This document shows positions 25,561 to 37,999 of a DNA stretch of 64,000 nucleotides, one piece after another. How positions within the stretch are numbered: position 1 is the stretch's first letter; every line of letters begins with the position of its first letter. The notes beneath the pieces are model-generated. The model searched no databases and was not told the origin of the DNA. It saw only the letters and a program-made list of their open reading frames with translations. The DNA lies in contig JAGIQG010000014.1 of assembly GCA_024679065.1 (NCBI GenBank), positions 44,888,001-44,952,000 on the forward strand, given 5' to 3'. Source of the stretch: Sphyrna mokarran. Its lineage: Eukaryota. The translations under genes and the position numbers were made by a program.

Positions 25561-26169
25561 GGAATAAATGCTGGGGTGACGTTTAAATGGAGCACCCCAC
25601 TGACTGCAGAGATTAAGTTTCCCTGGGGCAAGTGAATCAGAGGCAAGTTGCTACAAGCAATGGTGTGAATCACGTGGGGAAAAAAAACTTTTTTATTAAA
25701 GAGGCTGAATATATGGTGGGATTTCCCACCATTAGTGCCAGCAGGATTCTCCCTGCTTTTCTTGCTGGGTCTGACATTTTGGGAAAACGTTGCAAAATCA
25801 CACCTGTAATCTCTTTAAGACTAATAGCTCACATGATTAATGCAGACAAGGAAAATCATTTGGTCTACAGAACACACTCTCTTGTCTCTATTCTGATGTC
25901 TGATTTTTGCCAAAATGTTTGTTTCTTTTCCCCTTTGGTAGTTGCACAGGGTTACAGATTTAGGGTGGAGGGAGGGGTGTTTGAGTAAGATGCTCCTTTG
26001 GAGAATTGGTGCAGACTCAAATGGCTTCCTTCTGCACTGGGATTTGATGGTTCGAAATCCAATTCATGTTTTGATTGCACAATGGGATGAATTTTCTGAT
26101 TAAAGTCTTGAATTTTTTTACTTCTGACTTTTACTCCTTTGTCTTGCTGTCACAGTTTAATTTGCATTT

Positions 26170-26490
26170 AGGGTGGCATGATGGGCACAGTGGTTAACAG
26201 TGGTGTCTCACAGTGCCAAGGACCCAGTTTCAATTGCAGCCTCGGGTCACTGTCTGAGTGAAGTTTACACATTCTCCCCATGTCTGTGTGGGTTTCCTCC
26301 AGATGGTCCGGTTTCCTCCCATGTTCCAAAGATGTGCACGTGAGGTTGATTGGCCATGTAAAATTGCCCTCCAGTGTCAAGAGGATTAGCAGGATAATTA
26401 CATGGGGTCATGGGGATAGGCCTGGCTGGGATTGTTGTCAATGAGGCTTGATGGGCTAAATAGCCTCCTTCTGCACAATAGGGATTGAAT
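26170..26490 (+). mobile_element. HE1-type V-SINE
   Basis: gggtggcatgatgggcacagtggttaacag...ccaaagatgtgcacgtgaggttgattggccatg...gcctccttctgcacaataggg; a further 3' fragment lies at ~25940-26050. Confidence 0.9.
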
Positions 26491-26494
26491 GAAA

Positions 26495-26800
26495 AGTGAA
26501 ATTTGAAGTTACTCTTTCTATATTGTCCAGTAATTTATATGCCTCAAAAGGGTCACTTTTCAATCTCCTGTTTTCAAGGTTTGAAAAAAAATCAAGCGTT
26601 TCTTGGATCAGTCTTGTGTCTCTCCCATGCTCCTCTTGATATTCATCCAATGGCTATTCAATGTTGTGGCCATTATGATGCATAATCTGACCAATATACT
26701 TTTATCTTCAATTAACTGGTGTGTGACCCACCCTAAGTTTTGTCTATTCTGTAATCATATGCACTATAGATCTTACGTTCAAAAATAGGGTGCCTGTCAC
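26495..26800 (-). mobile_element. Old CR1 ORF2 3' fragment
   Basis: Minus ORF LDFFSNLENRRLKSDPFEAYKLL matches LFSLERRRLRGDLIEAYK. Confidence 0.6.
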
Positions 26801-28236
26801 ACTATCTCCTTATTTGTCAATTAGATACATCTGGGTGACTTGCACTCTGCAGCTATACCAAGTGACAACAGCACCAAATTTTTCTCGTGTTCACAAATTA
26901 AGCTGGAAATGAGATTTCTTTTCTAAGATATAGCAGATATGTTCAGAATTTTATTCATGTTTGACCTGGCTATATGGGAACTAGTCTGTCCTTGGTCATC
27001 AGAATGATTTTTTTCTTTTTTAATGAATTAATAACAAAAAGTATATTAACTTAATGTGAATCATGGACAAATGTTTCTGTCCTTTCTCCTTTTGAGACAT
27101 GGAATACTTTCTAGGTATGGTTTTACAGGCTCTCAGGTGAACAGCATTTATGTAGTGGCTGTTGATAGACTTATATAACAGGCATTGCTTGTACTCTTCA
27201 CCTGAAGCTGACACAAATTGAGCAATGGTGAAGAGAAAAAACCCTGCTCATTCTCATCTCCCTAACTCAGGCGTACCTGTATGCCTCTATTACTACTTCA
27301 GATGGTATTAGGTGGCTGGGCAAAAACATGGGAAAAAAGATCCCAGGATCTTGTTCAACTAAATGGCTCAGTTCCTTTCTGGATAAAGACAATGGGAAGC
27401 CTTTAATGAATTAAAAAAAATTGAAAATGCCTCAAGGAGAAATGCACCTGACAATATATGATTGATGGGCACGTTATACTTTATGCTAAGCATAATGCTT
27501 TAGCTACATCATGTGGAGTAACAGGTAAACTAAACAACTCAGAATGATTAATGTCTAATACAAATATGTAGATATTTGCCAAGTTATTGACACCAAGACC
27601 AAATGACTTCAGCTGTGCTTTCATGGGAGAGTTAATGCAAACAGTCTAGCTGCTGCTGCCACTTCCCTTGAGCTACATGAGTAGCCTTTGCTTCACCTAC
27701 AACACCTAACATCTACTTGCGTTGCTATGACAACTGGGTTACTGGATGGTGTATTGAGGCAAGTTGCACTGTGGCAGACTCAAATGTTTATTTGCTCAGA
27801 AATATTGCTTTCGTGACTTGATTTGATGGAAAATACCTGCATTTATAAGTTTGTACCGCTTTAAAGAAGAATGTTTGCCACCAGCATTCTTTTGAAATAT
27901 CCACCATGCAAAAGAAATAAGGATTAACTTTACTATTACTTTTAAAATCCCCTTTTTCGAGATTATATAAAACATTTTTTTGCTTTAACAATGAATGTTA
28001 ATGACCTGATCAAAGAAATGATATAGAGGCATTTCTGTCTGACCCACCAGTTTGAGTATCATTATTAGTAGAGAATACAATATTTGAGCAGTTGTATTAT
28101 TTCAGCTGTGTTACTCAGTTCAGCTCCCTCACACTGTTAGGGGTCAGTGACTGAAAGTCAGTCAATGTTGTCATTAATATAAAGTGTTAAAACACAAATA
28201 TTAAAAAGTCATAGATTTTTTTGACAATATTAATGT

Positions 28237-28605
28237 CAGCTGTGGATCAGCGCTTTTGAATCACAAGCTTGTACGTTAAGTCCCGCACCAGAAGCTTGAG
28301 CAAAAAAAAATCTTAGTTGTCAGTCCAGTGCTGTGGGAGTACTGTGCCGTTGAAGTTACTGCCTTTTGGTTGAGATCTCAGATCCTGTTTGCTCTTTCAG
28401 CTGGACTTAAAAGATTTCATAGAACTCTGTTGAAGAAGAGTGGGACAGTTATCCCCAGTGGCATGGCCTACCTACACTTATCCCTCTGTTAACATAAACA
28501 TCATCTGTTATTATCACACAGCTACTTCTGAGAGCTTGATGTGCACAAAATGGTGGCTACATTTCCTCCACTACAAGACGGAATATAATTCCAAAAGAAA
28601 CTGTC
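28237..28605 (+). mobile_element. DeuSINE-like SINE
   Basis: agctgtggatcag...aagtcccgcaccaga...gggagtactgtgccgttgaag...taaaagatttcatag...gaagaagag; homologous to 7395-7806. Another fragment at ~31785-31950. Confidence 0.7.
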
Positions 28606-28625
28606 ATCAGATTCTGGGTTCACAG

Positions 28626-29133
28626 GGGGTGGCACGGTAGCATAGTGGTTAGCGTTGCTGCTTCACAGATCCAGGGACCTGAGTCAATCCTCGGCAAGGG
28701 TCACTGTCTGTGTACAGTCTGCACATTCTCCTTATGTCAGCATGAGTTTTCTGCGGGTGCTCCAGTTTCCTCCCACAGTCTAAAGATGTGTGGGTTAGGT
28801 TGATTGGCCATACTAAAAATTGCCTCTTAGTATCCTGAAATGTGTAGGTTAGAGGAATTAGTGGGTAAATATGTAGGGATATGGAGATAGGGCCTGGATG
28901 GGATTGTGGTCAGTGCAGACTTGATGGGCTGAATGGCTTCTTTCTATACTGTAGGGTCTTTATGATTTCTATGAGATGCGTGGGTTAGGTGGATTGGCCA
29001 TCCTAAATTGCCCCTTAGTGTCCGGGGGATTAGTTAGGGTAAATACATGGGGTTATGGGGATGGGATCTCGGTGGGATTGTAGTCGGTGCAGACTTGATG
29101 GGCTGAATGGCCTCCTTCTGCATTTATGATTCT
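28626..29133 (+). mobile_element. HE1-type V-SINE followed directly by a second 3'-half copy
   Basis: Full copy 28626-28972, then gatgcgtgggttaggtggattggccat...gcctccttctgcatttatgattcta (28974-29133). Confidence 0.9.
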
Positions 29134-29924
29134 ACCTTCACTAACACCAGTAGTTCAGTTTTGATACTTAACTTAGAAATCACCCTGTTTTTGGAAGGAT
29201 TTTCCGAAGTTCACAGGTCAGCTTAAATGCCACAGTCTAGAGTGGTTAGTGAATAAACCTAATGCAGCTGTTTCAAAAACATTAGTCTGAAAACCTAATC
29301 CCAATAACAACATTAAAACCATCTGAATACTTGGATATAGCCTCTTTAGCTCCTGGCCAATCCTGGATGTAGTTTCCCAACTCTCAGACCATCAGTCTAA
29401 CTCCTGCTGGCTTCAGGCTGCTTCTAACTTGCTACATGTGTCTCTGATGTTCCCAGTGTAAGAAATATTGTCCCCTCCTCACTATTGCATTTAGAGATAA
29501 ATGTAGTGTTACACAAGATAGTAAAAAAGACAATCATTCTCTCTCTCTTCCGGTACCATGTCCTGAGAGGGTATTACCAATTTGATAAAGTTCTGCACTG
29601 GTTTGCCATTGCTGTCTGCAGATTCTGGCTGACCAGAATCTTCTGAACGCTGATCTGTTCCTGCTGCCTGCTATTGACATATTGAAAGAATTTGAAGGTT
29701 AATAATCAACCTGGTTGGCCACGCATAAATAGGCATTCAGTGGCCAAAAATACTTGAATGCAATGCAGTAGGACTGCACAATGATTGAGAAGCAGGAATA
29801 TATCTGATTGGTCCTTGATTGGGCTTCACCGTTGTGCCTTTGTGTGTAATAACTTGGAACAGAATCAGAAAATTTATGAAACCGAAAGAAGCCTTTTGGT
29901 GCATCGTATCTGTACCAGCTGAAA

Positions 29925-30900
29925 TGAGCCATCCAATCTCATCCAGTATTTGGTCCAAAGCCCTGCAGGTTACAGCATTGCAGCAGGTGCCTGTCCAGAC
30001 ATCTTTTAAATGAGTTCAAGGTTTCTACCCTGTTCTTCGTCTCCCCTCTAATCTTTCCACGAATTACATTAAAGATATGCCCCAAAGTCATTGATGTCTT
30101 CCCATTCACTTTATCCAGGCTTCCCACAATTTTGTACATTTTGAATCAAATTCCCCCATCACCCTGTTCTGTTCCAATCTTTTAGTCCTGGCAACAAGGG
30201 AAGCAGTTGGGTAGTGTGTTGTCACTGGGTTAGTAAGGGGATGGTGCAAATGAGCTGTGGATTGAGACTAGGCACATGGAAATATTTATACAAAGATCAC
30301 AGTGATCTGTTGGATTGTCATTCTTGGACCAGGGACTAGGGAACCCAGATTTGAATCCTAATTTGTGGCCTAACTGATGATTGATATTGTTCTATACCTT
30401 GGCTAATAAAGAAAAGGATTCCACTCGCCTTTTTAACCAACTTATTGGCCCATCCTTCTACCTTCAGAGATTTGTGGACTCTTACTCCAAGGTTTCTCAT
30501 TTCCTCTACACCTCTCAGTGTTCTCCCATTAATTGTGTAATCTTTTGCTTTGTTTTCTTCCTCAAATTTCTCCCATGCATTTCTCCAGGTTGCATTCTGC
30601 TTGCCACTTCTCTGCTTACCTAACTGGTACATTGCTGTGTTCCTGCAGTCTACAGCTATCCTCCTCACTATCAATCATATGGCCAATTTTTGTGTTGTCT
30701 GAAAACTTCTTGATCATACATCAAATCCAAATCATTAATACAAACCACAAAACCAAAGAGATGTGACACTGAGGTTGGCAGAATCACACTGGAACTGCCT
30801 TCCAGTCCCAAAAACACCCATCAACAATTGACTCTTTGTTTCCTGACACTGATATGCCAACTGCAAAGGCATTCTTCCCAAACATCTGCATGCTAACTTT
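29925..30900 (-). mobile_element. Old CR1 ORF2 fragments with a SINE-head insertion (~30200-30380)
   Basis: Minus ORFs YTINGRTLRGVEEMRNLGVRVHKSLKV...KLVKKASGILFFISQGIE and LGHIFNV...NSFKRCLDRHL. Confidence 0.75.
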
Positions 30901-30923
30901 TTGTGATTCACGTACAAGGATAT

Positions 30924-31175
30924 TGTCATGATGGCCTTAGGGGAATTATCAATAGAAATCCTTGTGGTCTCATAGAGTATGAGCTCCCCAATTAGGAGAA
31001 TGGTGGCTAGTCCAATAGAAGAGGAGTGGTAAAGGGTTTAAAATGAACTGGCTCCTCTCACCCAGCGGTCAAAAGACCTAGGGCTGACCTGCACTCTGTA
31101 GCCACTGAATGGAATTCAGAACACACTCTTTAATAAAGAGTGATGGAAGACTGGCTGCAGTGAAATTATTATAGA
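30924..31175 (+). mobile_element. Solo LTR with 5-bp target-site duplication
   Basis: Starts TGT, contains AATAAA, ends ttattataga (decayed CA end); flanked by GATAT at 30919-30923 and 31176-31180. Confidence 0.65.
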
Positions 31176-31273
31176 GATATTCTGCAGTCTCTTTCCATTT
31201 AAATAATATTAATTTTACTGTTTCTATCAAAGTTGCTAACCTCATATTTTCCTGCCTGATACTGTATCTGCCA

Positions 31274-31605
31274 GGTGGCACAGTGGCACAGTGGTCAGCA
31301 CAGTTGCCTCACAGTGCGAGTGAATCAGGTTCAATTCCCTGCATCAGGTCACTGTCTGTGTGGTGTTTGCACATTCTCCCTGTGTCTGCGTGGGTTTCCT
31401 CTGGGAGCTCCAGTTTTCTCCCAGAGTCCAAAGATGTGCGGGTTAAGTGAATTGGCCATGCTGAATTGCCTCTTAGTGTCACGGGAACGAGCTAGGGTAA
31501 GAGCATGGGTTATGGGAATAGGGCCTGGGTGGGATTCTGCTCACTGCAGACTTGATGGGCCAAATGGCCTCCTTCTGCACTGTAGGTTTTTATGATTCTA
31601 TGATT
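31274..31605 (+). mobile_element. HE1-type V-SINE
   Basis: ggtggcacagtggcacagtggtcagcac...ggttcaattcc...agtccaaagatgtgcgggttaag...ggcctccttctgcactgtaggtttttatgattctatga. Confidence 0.92.
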
Positions 31606-32321
31606 TATTATCCAGTTAACCCTTAATTTTGTCCCAAAATTTAAATTTCTCCCCTTTAATTATTTTTAGTATCAAACAGACAACATCAGACTTTTGTACC
31701 TGCTTCCATCATTCCAAAATGTAGTCTATGTAAATAATGCCAAAGTACTACTTACAAAGATCAAACAAGGACATATAGTGTGAAACCTCTGAGTCAGAAG
31801 GATCTGAGTTCCAGTCACTACCACAGTCACAGAGACTGGGTGGATAATCTAAGACGACACATCAGTGAAATTCTGAGAGAATGACACGTACACTAATATT
31901 TTTCAGCTGAGGCTTTAAACTGAACCTACCCGTCCTCTCCTGTCGATGTAAATTTTGTCTGCATAATGCCCTTACTTCCAGTGCATCAGCAGCTGTTTGT
32001 ATCCAAAGTGGTGTCACAGTCACATACACATATTTACGTTGGACTCTGTTTCAGCTGAGTTGGTAAAGTTGGGTCCAGAGTGTGTAATGGAAGTATGCAG
32101 AGTAGACAGATGATGATGTCATGACACTAGCAGTGATATTTTCAGTCTCAGTGTTCTAGTTAACATCTCTCTCAACCTTTCACATGCATTTTGCAGCAGC
32201 AGGGACATTTACCACTGCTATTTAATGGGATCGACAACCATTTCTAGGTTAATTAATGTTCACTATGTTAGCAGAGATACATCTAGGTTTGCACTGTTAT
32301 ATAAAGTTGTTCGTATCTGAA

Positions 32322-32598
32322 GGGAAGATCTTGTGGTGCAGTGGTTTCATCCCTACCGTTGGGCCAGAAGCACTGAGTTCAGCTTCCACTTGATGCAATA
32401 GGTGCATTCATAACATGACCAAACAGGTTCATTATCAATCTACAAGTTCTTCTGGTATGACTGATGGCAAGTGATAAGAGTAGAAGAATTTCCTAATCAG
32501 TTATACTGCAGCACTTTGCCAGGTATATTCATGGGCCACTCCAATGGAAGTCTAAAGTTGCCAATGTTCTCTTAATGCCTGTTACCTGGAGAAAGAAG
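32322..32598 (+). mobile_element. tRNA-derived SINE of a further family
   Basis: A-box-like tggtgcagtgg and B-box-like gagttcagctt, then ctgcagcactttgccaggtat and a gaagaag-type end; unrelated in body to the other SINEs here. Confidence 0.5.
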
Positions 32599-32599
32599 T

Positions 32600-33580
32600 C
32601 TACAAGGAGTAGCCATTGTGAAGGCCTTAGCTTTCAATTCAAGGGTTCTGGTCAGGTCCCTTTCTGTCAGTCATGGGGTTTCTATCATCTGTGGCCTGCA
32701 GCATGACAGAGAGATTGAGCAGAGGCAAGAGGAGCAGGGGACATCTCAGTTCCACTAAGCAACTGCTCTTTGAAATCTCCCACCAACTGCAGGCAAATCT
32801 TCAGTCACAGAGCATGTTGATGGCATTATTAGTGGATACAAATGTAACTATGGAGATGAACTTCTTCCCATTAGGCTACTTTCAGGTTGCAGAAGGTAAC
32901 ATCTCCAAAGTCCCACAGTTGACTGTCCATTGTTGCATAAGGTAGATCACAGAATCTCTGTATGAATGCTGCACCAGCAAAAGAATGTGTTCACAGTCAA
33001 TTGTACCCTGCATTATGAGGAAGCAGTTTATTTTCTGCAAGTCTGACAAATTCATGTGTAAATTCAGAGACATATTGTAATCTCAATGGATTCAACGCTT
33101 TCAATGTCCAGCTGGAGTGCAACTATAGTCAATGCATCCTGCTTGTCAATGCCCAGTACGCTGGTTGTAGTCATCATGCGTTTATTCTGTACCAGTCTGT
33201 TGAATTGTCAGCTTTTGAGCCACCACAAGAGACGAGAGTGTGGCTATCCACTGACCATGTGTGCAACAGAGGACCTTGTTGCCACATAGAAGTGTCATTG
33301 ATTAGACCATTGAATTATTTAAGCACAGCTTCCACTGTATGATCTACTCTAAAAAAGTCCTGCAGCACTTTCCAGATCATGTCTCACTCTTTATTGTGGT
33401 CTGCTATATCCTTCACAACTTTGCTAACCTAAAGTCACAACCCTTTCCACCAGGTTTACATGATCAGCTGAGGAGGAGGAGGAAGAAGATAAGGTAAAGA
33501 GGAGGGGAAGGAAGAAGAGTAAAATTTGCTTTGCTCAACACTTGCTATTTGTGAATCTTTTAATGGATATTAGGCCCCAA
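32600..33580 (+). pseudogene. Harbinger transposase relic
   Basis: ORF 32673: KQLLFEISHQLQANLQ...ALLVDTNVTMEMNFFPLGYFQVAEGNISKVPQLTVHCCIR; later tcaatgtccagctg (NVQL), aatgcccagtacgctggttgtagtcatcatgcgtttattctg (NA-x-YPG-x-x-HDAFIL-like) and an acidic GAG/GAA tail at ~33470-33520. Confidence 0.75.
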
Positions 33581-34079
33581 ATTTACATATTTAAAGCCAG
33601 TCCTTCCACCGACTAAGGTCCTTGAGACACACAAGTTTGTTTAGACATCTTATCCTATTGATATGGGCTCTAGAGACTTAAAATGTTCATTGTTTATATT
33701 GTCCACGTAAGCATTTAATTTTTGGGATGTTAATTAGAATGTCTTCTAATACATACGTTAGTTATAATTCTTTTTAATACATCTATTTTCTTTTATATTC
33801 CCTCACACACCTATTCTAAGCATCTGTGCCTAAATTAACCTAAACAATTTAGTGATGTGGACTAACTCCTGAACAAAATGGGCTCACTGCAATCAGTAGG
33901 ATTTGTGGCCCTTGTATGCACAAGAAACAGTTACGACATATATTTTTGTATTGCTGTGTTGAAAGACAGCATTTGTGCTACTGAGCTAGAAATGGTTAAA
34001 GCACCATTATCACATTAGCCATATTGTACACCCACTACTTCCTCTCTTGATCCCACTGCTGCCCACACTTTTTTTTCCT

Positions 34080-35460
34080 GTCCAGCTCCGTTGTACTAAA
34101 ATGCTTAATGGTTATTAGTGCTAAAGAATTAACTTTAAAGATTAATGTCACTGATTTCAAACTTGTCCTTTGTGCTGAAATGGGGGAAGCGTGTGCATTT
34201 CTTTACTAGCTTTAATGGCCAGAATAATTCCATCCGCCTGCTATGGAGTCATACTTAGAAAATAAAATCTGGCCTTTTGATGCATTTGAAATTCTATTTT
34301 ACATACTTTTCTCAAAGTGGTGCAGACGATGTGTATGTCCTTTTGGGCAACCATTTCAGTTCTCTCAGGATCAAATAACAACCTTGCCAGAAAAATCTAA
34401 AAACTGCAGTGTGACCAAACTCCCTGATGAGCAGTGTGAAATCGAGGCCCAGCTCACCCCATGACCTCTCCACTTAAACTATGGTTGCCATGGACACCGT
34501 ACTCTATAAATAAAACTGTTATTCCCAGTATTTTTTTTGTTACGGATTATGGAATGTGAACCGCACCGTTCCTATTAATCAACTATGATGTGGAAAGCTG
34601 TAAATTTTTTTTAGTCAAGCTTATCCTCCCGGTATTATTTTGATGAATCACAGACACATTCGGGATTTTTTTTTTAGTTTGGCAAGCTGGATTTCTAGGG
34701 ATCAAAATAACTTTGTGCCGTGAGAGATAGAGAGGGTTTCTTCTCAGCAGCTCACTGTGGTGAAAACATGCATGACAGTTCTTTTCAGTTAATCCAGCAT
34801 TTAGAGGAAAATCATTAAGGCTTTGTGTGAATCTGTCTGCCGGCAGCCTTCTGCCGTGAGTCAAGTTAATGATGTGGCAGGCATGCAGCGCTGGGCATGA
34901 CCTGAAAGGCCGTCTCTGGAATTGTGTCACATGGTGTTGCTATTTCTTCACCCCCCCCCTCCCCCTTTTTTGGGATCAATGAATCTTTTTCACATTTTTT
35001 AATTCTTACAGTGCTTGACTGCTTTGCTTCAAAGACGCTTAATGATCATCCTTGTCAGCCAAACTTTCAGACATCATCAAGACCACTTATACCACACACA
35101 ACAGTTCCTTTCTCTTCCTGTTAGAAAGGGGCAGAAGATTAAATCTGAGTGGTACTGTCCTCAGTTGAAACCATTTAAATTGCCTTTCTGTTACTGACTG
35201 ACCCTTTGTTTCCTTCATTATTAAATGTCATTCACGGACACAGAGGGCAAGCTTTAACACACCACCATTAACAACAGATCAGTGAAATTCTAACAAGCCT
35301 TCGGAATAGGTGTTTCCTTGTTTGCTGTAAAACTTAAATATTGCAGCCAAATATAATTTGAGTTGTCAGAAAAGTTAGTTTTGAAATGCCTTTGATGACA
35401 CTTAAAATGAATGTTGGCTGTAAGTCTTTGTGCTTAATGTCTTTCCCACGTTACGCAATG
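34080..35460. promoter_or_regulatory. Candidate conserved non-coding enhancer block
   Basis: No recognisable repeat; retained CpGs; X-box-like GTTGCCATGGACAC (34484-34497), TGAGTCA (34857-34863), TGACCT (34898-34903), many TAAT/ATTA motifs. Conservation not tested. Confidence 0.35.
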
Positions 35461-37129
35461 TAACTTTGCTCATAACATGCCCCTGAGGAAAACTTTAGTC
35501 CGCCTCAATTACACTGAAAAATGGGGTGAAAGGCAAACAAATTTTGGAAAAAAAAGCACACATTAGCTGCCTGAGGCTCCTCTCATTCAGTTTGGAGCTG
35601 GCCTCAAGATGGGTGCCCAGAGCTCCTGTCTGAGTTTGATGACAGCCTTATTTGAATATTTCAATAAGGCCCCTTCTCCTGTCATAGAACCTTGACAAAA
35701 TTTTCATGGGCCAATGGATGGTGTGCAATTAACTGATAGCCTAAAGTGTCCTAATCATGTGTCTTTAAATAAATTACTGCAGACTGCTCCATAAATAGGC
35801 CAAAGACCTGCAGCACCATGAGTGCTCATGCTGATCCAACAAAAATATTATGGAGCACCGATGATCCCTGATGCAGCCCTTTCAGATCACTTGCCCAGGA
35901 CCTGGCTGCATGAAATAGGACCCAATCAATTCCTCATTCTTCCTGTTAAATCTTTTAGTAGGTGTCCTCTCAATAACTATTCCATAGCCAGGCGTCAGGC
36001 TGCACAGATCTTCATTTTGTCTATTCGCCCCACACTCCAAATGTTGACTGTCCATTCAGGACAGTTCCCAATTTGCTCACCCCACACCCCAGGTAATACA
36101 AGGCATTCCCTTAAAGGGGCTATGCCCCAACATACATAACATTTCCTGACCCATAAGCTGCCTATTCAGTGCTAGCTGCTCACAATCAACAACATGGTTC
36201 AGGACTTTATTGGGGCAGTCTGACAGGCAGCCCAATCTCAACCCTGGCCACTTGTCTGATTAATGAACCAGACAGAAAGGACCCCATTACCTCAGGGCTA
36301 CAGAGGCGTGCATCAAGATGATAAAAACAAAATGTTGAAAGTGCAGAGGCAGGACATTTCAGACTCAAGCTGCTGAAACAGCATTAGGAACTTTTAGATT
36401 TACTTCAAACTAAGGAGTGAATGCTCCTGAAAAGCTCATCTTCATTCTAGCCTCTATAAAGTATAATGCAATATGACATTTGTATCTTTATATATCTACT
36501 AGAATGTCTAAGGTCAATGTTCTAGATTAAAACAACAGTGTAATTCTTCATTTAAGATAAACCTCATAAGCAAGTTACTATAATTGTTATAAACATGTTA
36601 ATCTTTAGAAATATAAAAACATGTGGGGTTTGAACTAAGCATTACATGGCATGTTCTATAGCGGTTAGATCAAAAGAAATCCCACTGATGGGTTGTCAGT
36701 AAGAGATGGGTTCAAAACCAATCTCTCTCTAGAATTCAACACCAGTCAGTAAATCTTATGTTTTCGATGAACATACATTCCCAGGTAGTTTGGGAGGCTT
36801 GCTCAGTTCTCATTGAGGTTGCTACTCAAGCAGAACAGATAGGACTCTCTTTCACCTATGTAGCTCTCTGGATCACTGCACACTTTTGAATGACTGATCC
36901 ACAGAGAATAACTAGGAGTTAAACTTTACAAGGGTGTTCCAAACTGCACAGTAGAAAGTTAGAGAGTCCAATTTTCTTCTCAAAAAAATTAAATGGTCAA
37001 AATAAATAATATCCTAAGTACCCTGTCCGATCTACTGTGATTCATAGGAACACTTTATACTTGTAATTAATCCAAATCAATGTTAGATTTATTTGATTTT
37101 CCACTGTCCTGTCTCACCACAGTGAGGAT

Positions 37130-37815
37130 AGCACTGCATCCATCTGTGTTCACCATGACTGCAAATGGCAAAGCGGGCGTGAGTATCACAAGTCTTGGAA
37201 AACAAAAGCCTTGTAGGCAAGATTTCATTTTATGATTCTCCCCTCCCACCCCACCGGGGCTTACCCACCAAATCATTACCTCCATGTTAGCAATTTCCCC
37301 TTACCAATGTGATGTCATGTTGGCAAGCTTTATAACTCCTTTTAAAAATGGGAACCAGGTGAAGGAAACCTGCCAAGGGTGAACAAGTATGTATTGCCTC
37401 TGCAAAGAGGGCAAGATGCCTGGGCAGTACCCTGACATTGTCCCCTGGCAATGCCCCTTGGATCAGTCCCCAGCGCAGTACCAGCAGCTCCCCTCTGGGA
37501 AGTTCAATGAGGGGATTCCCTCATCATGTGGGGGAGCTCCCTTTGTACGTGTGGAGGGAGCCCTGCGTATGTGGGTTTTCGCCCATGTTCATGGAGAGGT
37601 TCCTGTGTTGCCTGTTGGCAATCAGGGTATCCTTTAAAAATTGCGCCCCGATCTCATGATTCCTGGCTGCCGGTCTTTTCTGGCCCAATGCCACATCTCC
37701 AGTTTCTCTATGAGAGAGTGCTGTACAATATGGTGAGGAAAGCTGACTGTACAGCCTGAGAGCTGCACACCAGTTTTCTCACTTCAGCCAGCACTCTGCA
37801 GAGAAAATTCCACCC
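37130..37815. mobile_element. Non-autonomous Harbinger-type element
   Basis: Right end gagaaaattccaccc matches the MITE end at 43300-43312; interior resembles 16600-16900 (tgatgtca, ggcagggttt/ggcaagcttt, aaccagg blocks). Confidence 0.55.
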
Positions 37816-37999
37816 GTTATCTCTTCATTCTCTCCATCAACACACTCCTACAAGAATCTTAACTGCATTTAGTCTCGTCCATTTGCCTGCTCAGGGGACT
37901 AACACTTTATAAAAGAGAATCTGTATTGGCTAACCATCTAATCATATAACACTAAAAAATGAGGGCAACTTGCTTAAACTTGGTTTCAATTTCTTTCAG

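Larger units (their letters stand above)
21826..25804. mobile_element. Near full-length decayed PIF/Harbinger transposon with two convergent genes
   Basis: TIR-like ends ggcccaatttacc and tgcaaaatcacacc enclose a + strand transposase and a - strand Myb/SANT-like gene. Confidence 0.75.

Noticed and set aside
26170-26250. tRNA-like sequences at SINE heads (also 12564, 28626, 31274, 59331)
   Set aside because: A/B-box-like motifs run straight into SINE bodies; no complete cloverleaf.
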